Source: Thermodesulfobacteriota bacterium (GTDB taxonomy: Bacteria; Desulfobacterota_D; UBA1144; Nemesobacterales; Nemesobacteraceae). From it: a stretch of 64,000 nt of DNA. The stretch covers positions 713,963 to 777,962 of the forward strand of contig OY763921.1 in NCBI GenBank assembly GCA_963667625.1, in the 5' to 3' direction. Position numbers and translations under genes: made by a program. Below the pieces are notes generated by a model. That model was not told the origin of the DNA. It made no database searches and saw only the letters and a list, made by a program, of their open reading frames with translations. Of the stretch, positions 56,945 to 64,000 are shown piece by piece; the stretch's first letter is position 1; each line of letters starts with the position of its first letter.

Positions 56945-57592
56945 TTAAAATCTTATTATTAAATTGAACAAAATCCCACCTTTGTCGCTGATTCCGACCT
57001 CAACGAGATACTCGTTCTTAAAAAACCGTACAAGAGGCGTAACCGAGATGTTATCTCTCTCCCCCGTGATGTGGTCAACTTGCAGCATGAGCCAGGTGTG
57101 GAGATCGCCGTAGTCCCCGATATAAGGGGCGATTCCCACTCGCGCTTTCTGCCTGAAGAACTTCGCTATGTCTTCGGCGTAGTAGACGCGGTTCTCATAG
57201 CTCGTAAAGTACCGTCGAGTTTCCCAGTCAAGGGCTATATCGGCAAAGGCGGCGAGCTGGGGTTCGCTGTCGGGCACTCCAAGATCACCGTGAGCTGTGC
57301 CAAGGCCGCCTTTAAGATAGAAGTTTGCCTGCGAGGCTGGCGCGTTGTGGCGCTTCACCAGATAGTTAAGCTGCGCGCCGTGGAACTGCCAATTCTCCTC
57401 GCGCCAGTATTCGGTTCTGTATCCTATCGAATACTTAGCCGTCGGCGAATAATGAACGTGAAGAGAATGCGCGTTCTTGTCGTTTTTCTGCATGACCGTC
57501 CAGCCGCCCGGATACGAGACCGGACGAGACAGGGACTGGGGAGCGTATCCCATCAGGATCACGCAACATAAAGTGAAAACTGTTAATTTCAT
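56945..57592 (-). CDS. Putative small outer-membrane beta-barrel (start reassigned to 57592)
   Basis: RBS AGGAGG; signal peptide; alternating aromatic strands; C-terminal Phe (FNLIIRF). Confidence 0.65.
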   Translation of the reverse strand: MKLTVFTLCCVILMGYAPQSLSRPVSYPGGWTVMQKNDKNAHSLHVHYSPTAKYSIGYRTEYWREENWQFHGAQLNYLVKRHNAPASQANFYLKGGLGTAHGDLGVPDSEPQLAAFADIALDWETRRYFTSYENRVYYAEDIAKFFRQKARVGIAPYIGDYGDLHTWLMLQVDHITGERDNISVTPLVRFFKNEYLVEVGISDKGGILFNLIIRF

Positions 57593-57597
57593 GTTTC

Positions 57598-57678
57598 CTC
57601 CTGAGTATCGATTATGGCCTGGCGACGCCGAAGCGAAGCCGTTTATAGCGCGCGGGCGCGCGCAAGTTTGCTCAGGAG
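57598..57678 (-). promoter_or_regulatory. SD-sequestering multibranch structure downstream of leader ORF 2
   Basis: CUCCUGAG (57671-78, spanning the leader stop) is the exact complement of CUCAGGAG (57598-605, the RBS); encloses a GCGCGC stem (57648-63) and a cUUCGg hairpin (57621-40). Confidence 0.75.
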
Positions 57679-58022
57679 AGGCGTTTTGGAGGTCGGAAAT
57701 GGGTTTCGATCTGGCGGGAGGACAGAAGCTGATCGGCAAGAATTCCGACAGCAGTTCCCCCATGATGATCTTTTAATTCTTCAAGTGGCAGTGCGTTTGT
57801 CTGGACACAATGCTGGCAATCACAGCCATCGCATTGATCGGAGCTTCTATCTTCCGAATCTTTTGTTTCATGGCATGGCATGTCCATGTCGGCGTCCATC
57901 TGTATTTCGGCGGAAGCCTTGTCCATGTTCATTGGACATGTGGAGAAAGCGTTCGCCATGCCGCCGGTAAAAAACAATGCGACAAATGTTACCAGTAGTA
58001 CTGTTGTTTTAATGGTGTCCAT
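57672..58022 (-). CDS. CopL/DUF2946-like secreted Met/Cys/His-rich leader ending FRPP
   Basis: Signal peptide ending ANA, MDADMDMPCH, CDGCDCQHC, ends HFRPPKRLS*. Confidence 0.75.
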   Translation of the reverse strand: MDTIKTTVLLVTFVALFFTGGMANAFSTCPMNMDKASAEIQMDADMDMPCHETKDSEDRSSDQCDGCDCQHCVQTNALPLEELKDHHGGTAVGILADQLLSSRQIETHFRPPKRLS

Positions 58023-58134
58023 ATCCTAACTATAAACTATTCACTTTTAGCTCAAACTTCAATGGCAAAGGTTCGAAAGAACCAGGTTACGCGGGAGTGT
58101 TTGCAGATTAATGAAGAACTGCAATGGCCCGTCT

Positions 58135-59067
58135 TTATCTGAATTCGGGTATTACCTCTTTTGCGAAAAGCTCTATGGTTGAGGGATTCATCACGTCGGA
58201 GAAGAAGATCGTGTATTTGGATATTCCTTTCTCCAGATCTGCGTTGATCTTTTTTACGCAGTCTTCCGGGGTTCCCACGATCCCGAGTTTTTCTATGTCT
58301 CCGAAGAATCCGTAGCGTCTCTGGGCCTTTTCGAGTTTTTCGGGGAGATCTTTTCTGTCCTTAACCAGAACGCAGACGGTCTGCTGGGATATCGTTATAT
58401 CTTCTATGTCTCTCCCGACTTCCTCGCAGTGCTTACTGAGTATCGAGTGCTTGCGGTCAAATTCAATTGCGCTTGTCGCAGGACAGTTCCATTCATCGGC
58501 GAGTTCTGCCACTGCCCTTAAAAGGAATCTTTCTCCGGAACCCCCGATGCATACTGGAATATGGGGACGCTGAACGGGCTTGGGGTTGCAAAGCGCGTTT
58601 TCCACCTTGTAATGTTTGCCCGAAAAAGAGGCGGTTTCCTCAGTCCACATCAGTTTGAGTATCGTGACCGCTTCTCTAAGCATCTCTATTCTTTCTTTCG
58701 TTGAAGGGAAGGGATATCCGTAAGCGCGAAATTCCTCTTCAAACCAACCGGCTCCTATTGCGAACTCAACCCGCCCGTTGCTTATTACGTCGAGTGTTGA
58801 AGCCATCTTGGCAAGCAGGGGAGGGTACCTGAATGGGTTGCAGAGCACCATCGTTCCGAGCTTAACATTTTCCGTTACTGTCGAGAGCGCGGACATTAGA
58901 GTCCAGGGTTCATAGATGTCGATACCGATTATTCCCTGACCTAGAACATGATCGTAGAACCAAACGGAATCATATCCGGTCGAGTCGCATAACTGCGCCG
59001 CGGCCTTTATGTCTTCAAAATCTATTTTCTGCTGTCTCAGCATTACTCCAAATTCGGGTCTGCCCAT
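58135..59067 (-). CDS. LLM-class (luciferase-like) flavin/F420-dependent oxidoreductase
   Basis: FYDH, EPWT, LAKMASTLDVISNGRVEFAIGAGW, PKPVQRPH, IGGSGE. Confidence 0.88.
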   Translation of the reverse strand: MGRPEFGVMLRQQKIDFEDIKAAAQLCDSTGYDSVWFYDHVLGQGIIGIDIYEPWTLMSALSTVTENVKLGTMVLCNPFRYPPLLAKMASTLDVISNGRVEFAIGAGWFEEEFRAYGYPFPSTKERIEMLREAVTILKLMWTEETASFSGKHYKVENALCNPKPVQRPHIPVCIGGSGERFLLRAVAELADEWNCPATSAIEFDRKHSILSKHCEEVGRDIEDITISQQTVCVLVKDRKDLPEKLEKAQRRYGFFGDIEKLGIVGTPEDCVKKINADLEKGISKYTIFFSDVMNPSTIELFAKEVIPEFR

Positions 59068-59318
59068 TGTCTGTCTCCGTTTTTTGGTGTTCGTGCGGGG
59101 TGTAAAGCGCACGGGTAATTATCCCTTTAGCTGAAGACGCTGTAAACACGGCGCTGCCTCTTTTGCTTGCAAATAAAAGTTCACTGTTTCGCTTCTTTGT
59201 GCTATCATTACGGGCGACGGGGAAAAAGAAAGCCGGCAGTGCCTGGAGAGCTTTTTACCGCCTGTTTTAGATAGAACAAATTCCGTTTCTTCTTAAATCT
59301 ACGATCCAGAGGTTTCCA

Positions 59319-59933
59319 ATGAAAAACGCAACTGTTTTCGTTCTATGTTTTATTTTCGCTTTGATTGCTTTTCCCGGTGACGGGTACTCTAGTTCCGATT
59401 CCAGTAATAACAAAAATACGTCCGCTAAATCGAGCGGCAAGAAAGAAAGGAGAAAACCAATGGTTCTGATTTCAACTTCGCTGGGCGACATAAAACTCGA
59501 GCTTTATGAAGAAGAGGCGCCGATTACCGTGGCCAATTTTCTTTCCTACGTGGAAGAAGGATTTTACGACAGCACCATATTTCACAGGGTGATAAATAAT
59601 TTCATGATACAGGGTGGCGGCATCACCGCGGACATGAAACAAAAGCCGACTAAAGCCCCGATAAAGAATGAGGCCGATAACGGTCTTAAAAATGAACGCG
59701 GCACCATAGCAATGGCTAGGACCGCCGAGGTTAATTCCGCGACGTCGCAGTTTTTTATAAATCACAGGGATAACGCTTTTCTTGACCATGGTACCCGCGA
59801 TTTCGGTTATGCGGTGTTCGGAAAAGTGGTTGAGGGAATCGAAATTGTTGACAAAATCGCCGCTGTTCAGACCAGACCGGGAGATGTTCCCGTCGAGACG
59901 GTGTCTATTTTGTCCATGAAGGTCGTCAATTAA
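59319..59933 (+). CDS. Exported cyclophilin-type peptidyl-prolyl isomerase
   Basis: Signal peptide; [35 protein letters not shown]. Confidence 0.94.
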   Translation: MKNATVFVLCFIFALIAFPGDGYSSSDSSNNKNTSAKSSGKKERRKPMVLISTSLGDIKLELYEEEAPITVANFLSYVEEGFYDSTIFHRVINNFMIQGGGITADMKQKPTKAPIKNEADNGLKNERGTIAMARTAEVNSATSQFFINHRDNAFLDHGTRDFGYAVFGKVVEGIEIVDKIAAVQTRPGDVPVETVSILSMKVVN

Positions 59934-59951
59934 CAGACGGCCTCTTTTTTC

Positions 59952-60995
59952 GTGTCGGAAAAAACTACTTACAAGAGCGCCGGTGTTGACGTGGAGGAAG
60001 GCGAGAGGTTCGTGCGGCTTATAAAACCTCTCGTTGAGTCGACCTACGGCGAGAGCAAAGTAAGCCCGCTCGGGGGTTTTGCGGGCGCTTTTCCGCTTGA
60101 TACGGACACTTTTCGCGAGCCACTGCTTGTATCCGCCACAGACGGGGTCGGCACAAAACTCAAAACGGCCTTCTCCGTGCGCAAATTCGATACGATAGGC
60201 ATAGATCTGGTTGCCATGAGCGTTAACGACGTGATTACGTGTGGCGCGAAACCTCTGTTTTTTCTTGATTATCTGGCTACCTCAAAGCTCGATTCAGAGC
60301 AGGCGGCCGAGGTGGTGAAGGGTATCTGCGAGGGATGCGTCCAGGCCGGATGCGTACTTATCGGGGGTGAGACGGCGGAGATGCCCGGATTTTACGCCGA
60401 GGGGGAGTTTGATCTTGCGGGTTTCTGTGTCGGAGTGGTGGAGAAAGATCTATATATTGACGGCGCCGGGGTAGGGCCAGGCGACGCGCTCATCGGGCTT
60501 GCTTCAAGCGGTCTTCATTCAAACGGCTACTCGCTTGCGAGAAAGGTGTTTTTTGATATTGGAGACTACTCGATTGATTCAAAACCCCAGAGCCTCTCGA
60601 AAACCCTTGGAGAGGAACTTCTCGAACCCACGGTCATATACTCAAGGGTCGTTATCGGGCTCTGCGGAGAATTCGACGTAAAAGCCCTTGCCCACGTGAC
60701 GGGCGGCGGGATTCCGGGAAATCTCTCAAGAGTCATTCCTGACGGGCTTTTTGCGGCAATTGATAGCAAGAGCTGGCAAGCTACTCCCATTTTTGACCTG
60801 ATAATGAAAACCGGGAACATAAGCCGCGACGAGATGTACTCGACGTTTAACTGCGGGGTGGGAATGATAGCGGTGCTGCCGCAGGAACAGGCCGAAGAAG
60901 CTTTGTCATTCACGCGGAACCTATCGGAAGCGGCTTACCTTATCGGCGAGATAAAGAAAACTGGCACCCCCGGCCTCAAGGTCCGCATTCTCTGA
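59952..60995 (+). CDS. purM: Phosphoribosylformylglycinamidine cyclo-ligase
   Basis: YKSAGVD, TDGVGTK, GGETAEMPG, SSGLHSNG, HVTGGG, TFNCGVG. Confidence 0.97.
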   Translation: MSEKTTYKSAGVDVEEGERFVRLIKPLVESTYGESKVSPLGGFAGAFPLDTDTFREPLLVSATDGVGTKLKTAFSVRKFDTIGIDLVAMSVNDVITCGAKPLFFLDYLATSKLDSEQAAEVVKGICEGCVQAGCVLIGGETAEMPGFYAEGEFDLAGFCVGVVEKDLYIDGAGVGPGDALIGLASSGLHSNGYSLARKVFFDIGDYSIDSKPQSLSKTLGEELLEPTVIYSRVVIGLCGEFDVKALAHVTGGGIPGNLSRVIPDGLFAAIDSKSWQATPIFDLIMKTGNISRDEMYSTFNCGVGMIAVLPQEQAEEALSFTRNLSEAAYLIGEIKKTGTPGLKVRIL

Positions 60996-61005
60996 GAGCG
61001 CGGGT

Positions 61006-61899
61006 TCAGTTGTAGTACCTAACCCACTTGGGAAGCTTGTAATCGAAAGTGGCTGGTATCTTTAGTTTTTCTTCCTCCCAACTCTTGGGGAAGGGATTGT
61101 AAGGGGAGGCAATTCTTATTGTCCGCAGCACTTCCCTGTCCAGGTTCTCGAAACCGGAAGGCTGAATTATTCTCACGTTTTCAAGATATCCGTCTTTTCT
61201 TAGCGTAAAAACGATCCGCACGTTTCCCTGTTCCCTTCTTGCCTGTGATTCCTTGGGGTATTTCCAGACCTGGTAGATTCTCTCTTTCAGTTTCGTGAAA
61301 TATGAGATGTACTTGTATTCCGTCGTGTTAAGATCAACGGTGATTTCCTTCTCGACGTCTTTGGTCCCAAGAAGCTGTTCTTCTGTATTGTAGTCGAAAG
61401 GAACGTCCGCTATCTTGGGGTTGACCATCTGCGAAGCGGAAGCGCTCGGGGTGCTTCCGGGCCGTTGGTCGGGACTGGCCTTTCTTTTTTCGGGTCTGTT
61501 TCTTTCTCCCTCGGGTATAATGGCGACCCGGTCTTTTTCGGGAGAGAACCTCTCAGCGCTCTTTTCCTGTTCTCCGGGTTGAATCGCTCCCGCGGGTTTT
61601 CTTTGCACCGTGCTTTTCTTTGTCGGTTGGGGAGAGGACCTTGAGAGTTTCGTCGTGTCATCTATCGTAGTCTCTTTTTCCGCCCTGTGAGACTTGTCGG
61701 CGAGTCTTGACGGCTTGTCAGGAGGCTCAGTCTCTTTAACTGGTATCTCTATAAGTTCTATGAACGTTTTATCAAGCGCAGGCTTGAGACTTTCGGGATC
61801 GGGCAGTATCTCTGAGAAAAGAAACTGGATCAGCAGCAGATTTAGCACGGCTGAGATCAGAAGAAAAACCGGGAAAGGGACTTTTCTGTTCCTGTTCAT
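61006..61899 (-). CDS. TonB/TolA-family energy transducer
   Basis: N-terminal TM, charged Pro-containing linker, C-terminal YPKES...GNVRIVF...SGFENLD...ASPYNPFP. Confidence 0.82.
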   Translation of the reverse strand: MNRNRKVPFPVFLLISAVLNLLLIQFLFSEILPDPESLKPALDKTFIELIEIPVKETEPPDKPSRLADKSHRAEKETTIDDTTKLSRSSPQPTKKSTVQRKPAGAIQPGEQEKSAERFSPEKDRVAIIPEGERNRPEKRKASPDQRPGSTPSASASQMVNPKIADVPFDYNTEEQLLGTKDVEKEITVDLNTTEYKYISYFTKLKERIYQVWKYPKESQARREQGNVRIVFTLRKDGYLENVRIIQPSGFENLDREVLRTIRIASPYNPFPKSWEEEKLKIPATFDYKLPKWVRYYN

Positions 61900-61939
61900 C
61901 GGGGTTTACCAGTGTTTTGCCGTGTGGTAGGCAGGCCTT

Positions 61940-62968
61940 TTATATCTTCAGTATATTCTGTATCAGAACCCTGGCAAAGTCGGCCGTTTTGAGGTTGCCT
62001 CCAAGGTCCCGGGTCTTCTCGCCGTTTGAAAGGGCTATGTTGTAAGCTGTTTTTATCTTGTCGGCAGCTTCTCTCATATCCTCTCTTCCTTCTGAATCGG
62101 CCAGATACCTGAGCATCATTACCGCTGACATTATTAGAGCGAGCGGATTCGCTATTTCGAGTCCCGCTATATCCGGCGCAGACCCATGCACCGCTTCAAA
62201 GACCGAGTATTCATCCCCTATATTGGCGCCGGGAACAACGCCGAGTCCTCCGACAAGGCCGGCGCAGAGGTCGCTCATCACGTCGCCGTAGAGGTTTTCA
62301 AGCAGCAGCGTATCAAACATGGCCGGATCCTGAACCAGTCTCATGCATCCCGCGTCTATGATGTACTCTTCATACTCGATGTCCGGATACTGTTCGCTTG
62401 CCTCCCTTGCCTTGCTGATAAAAAGACCGTCGGTGATCTTCATTATATTGGCCTTGTGAAACACGGTTATCTTTTTTCTGCCTCTTTTTCTCGCGTACTC
62501 AAAACCCCATCTGGCGATTCGCTCGCATGCTCTCTCGGTTGCGACCTTCATGCTCATCACGACCCCGGGGGAAACCGTGTTTTCAACGCCACTGTAAAGA
62601 CCTTCGGTGTTCTCGCGCACGATGACTATGTTAACGTCGGAGAATCTGGTTCTCACGCCCTCAATGCTTCGTACCGGCCTTACAGCGGCGTACAGGTCAA
62701 GTTTTTTTCTAAGTTCCACATTTACCGATGAAAACCCCTCTCCTATGGGGGTCGTGCATGGGCCCTTAAGCGCGACTTTATGTTCCCTTATGGCGTCCAG
62801 AGTGACTTCCGGCAGGACTTCGTGGTACTTTTCTAGAGCCGATACGCCGGCCCCTCTTATGACCCATTCGATCTTGGCTCCGGAAGCGGCAATGACGTTC
62901 TTTGTCGCTTCGGCGATTTCCGGGCCGATACCGTCTCCTGGGATTAAAACGACTTTTCTAGCACTCAT
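61940..62968 (-). CDS. Isocitrate/isopropylmalate dehydrogenase family (NAD-IDH-like)
   Basis: [45 protein letters not shown]. Confidence 0.9.
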   Translation of the reverse strand: MSARKVVLIPGDGIGPEIAEATKNVIAASGAKIEWVIRGAGVSALEKYHEVLPEVTLDAIREHKVALKGPCTTPIGEGFSSVNVELRKKLDLYAAVRPVRSIEGVRTRFSDVNIVIVRENTEGLYSGVENTVSPGVVMSMKVATERACERIARWGFEYARKRGRKKITVFHKANIMKITDGLFISKAREASEQYPDIEYEEYIIDAGCMRLVQDPAMFDTLLLENLYGDVMSDLCAGLVGGLGVVPGANIGDEYSVFEAVHGSAPDIAGLEIANPLALIMSAVMMLRYLADSEGREDMREAADKIKTAYNIALSNGEKTRDLGGNLKTADFARVLIQNILKI

Positions 62969-63094
62969 AATCTGTACGTGTGATACGGTTTGAAACCAGG
63001 TTTCTATGAAGCATATATGTTCTTAATGTGGCAAGTTACGTGCCAACAAATCACTTTCCGTGCCCGCATATCCGCGAAGCTTTTGTAAGGCACT

Positions 63095-63676
63095 TCAGCC
63101 CAGTTTTTTTAGAAGCAATACCCCAACCAAAAGCAGTATGAAAAATATAACCGTAAATATGTTGAAGTATTTGTCGATAAGCAATTTTACTCTCTCTCCG
63201 AAAATCGAAAGAAGACAAGCGACTATCGCAAATCTGGCCGTTCTTCCCACCGCGCAGGCGGCTATGAACGTCGGGAAGTCGACCTTGAAGACTCCCGCAG
63301 TTACGGTGAACGCCTTAAAGGGTATGGGAGTGAAGGCCGCGGCCAGAACGGCTTCAAATACATTTTCTGAGTATTTGTCGCTTACCGTGGCGAAGGCCTC
63401 TGCGGTTACGATGTGTGAGGTAAAAAAGTCCCCGACAAGCTCCCACACCCAGTATCCTATGAGATACCCGGCTGCCGCTCCCAGTATGGAAAAAACGGAG
63501 CAGTAAAGAGCGAAGCGATATGACTTTCTGGGGTTTCCGAGACATAGCGCCATGAGAAGAGGGTCTGGAGGTATGGGAAAAAAAGATGCTTCCGTGAAGG
63601 AAACCAGGGAAAGTGCGAAGGGACCATGCTTTCTGTCCGCCCAGCCCAGAACCCATTCGTAAAGGCTTTTAAGCAT
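63095..63676 (-). CDS. YqaA/DedA (VTT) family membrane protein
   Basis: EASFFPIPPD, FTPIPFK, GRTARF. Confidence 0.9.
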   Translation of the reverse strand: MLKSLYEWVLGWADRKHGPFALSLVSFTEASFFPIPPDPLLMALCLGNPRKSYRFALYCSVFSILGAAAGYLIGYWVWELVGDFFTSHIVTAEAFATVSDKYSENVFEAVLAAAFTPIPFKAFTVTAGVFKVDFPTFIAACAVGRTARFAIVACLLSIFGERVKLLIDKYFNIFTVIFFILLLVGVLLLKKLG

Positions 63677-64000
63677 GGTTCTCTAGTTGTTCCCTGAGCT
63701 CTTCTAGGAACCCGTAGTCCGTCATATCAAGCTTTATCGGGGTTATCGAGACGTAGCCTTCAAGAATGGACACTATGTCGGAGTTTTCAATTCTCAGGGA
63801 ATCAAGCTCGTTTCCGCCTATCCAGTAGTACTTTTTTCCTCGGGGATCGGTTTTTTCCACTATTGGTGCTTGATAGACCCTTTTACCTTGGCGCGTAACC
63901 CGTATTCCCTTTACTTCCTCTAGGGGAAGGTTAGGCACGTTCACATTGAGCAGGGTGTTTTCGGGAAGACCGGTTTTAAGAACGAATTCCGCGGCCACCC
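63669..64000 (-). CDS. surE: 5'/3'-nucleotidase SurE, C-terminal part (runs off the window)
   Basis: LNVNVP, DPRGKKYYWIGG, GYVSITPIKLDMT. Confidence 0.9.
   Translation of the reverse strand, partial: VAAEFVLKTGLPENTLLNVNVPNLPLEEVKGIRVTRQGKRVYQAPIVEKTDPRGKKYYWIGGNELDSLRIENSDIVSILEGYVSITPIKLDMTDYGFLEELREQLENHA

Noticed and set aside
56945-57763. 272-aa version of the barrel ORF overlapping leader 2
   Set aside because: The first 57 codons run through the leader and structured spacer; the RBS and signal peptide point to ATG 57592.
58054-58073. AACCTT-N8-AAGTTT as a CueR/MerR operator for cassette 2
   Set aside because: Arm spacing is shorter than in CueR boxes, and there is no clear -35/-10 pair with a 19-bp spacer.
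59200-59280. CTGGAGAG-containing leader as a glycine riboswitch or other ncRNA
   Set aside because: The downstream CCGAAG and CTCAGG elements are missing, and the context (cyclophilin) does not fit.

Overview
Diderm bacterial chromosome segment. The gene repertoire resembles Deltaproteobacteria/Ca. Dadabacteria, but that is an unverified impression. It is mostly housekeeping: gatAC, gshB, carA, pepF, an A2-type caa3 oxidase operon, mreBCD-mrdA-rodA, trxB, manC, mtaB-mnmA, trpS, ribBA-ribH-nusB-trpDC, tpx/bcp, bioD, a complete alternative complex III (actABCDEF), purM, an isocitrate-type dehydrogenase and surE. There are four tRNAs (Val-TAC, Asp-GTC, Ser-GCT, Arg-ACG) and an intact IS256-family element (31292-32711) with 27-bp IRs and an 8-bp target duplication. 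The standout is two unrelated metal-transport cassettes (35.6-39.1 kb and 56.2-58.0 kb) built the same way. Each starts with a small secreted CxxC leader ORF ending in a proline-rich arrest-like motif (RGPP or FRPP). In each, the last leader codons form an anti-Shine-Dalgarno that pairs with the RBS of the next gene, an outer-membrane protein. This looks like a metal-sensing ribosome-stalling switch of the CutF/CruR/CopL type. Cassette 1 controls an ABC-3 system with no ATPase and carries a Fur-like box. Cassette 2 controls a MerP/MerT-like module with no merA or merR. No CRISPR array or rRNA was seen. All family assignments come from motif recognition; no database searches were run.
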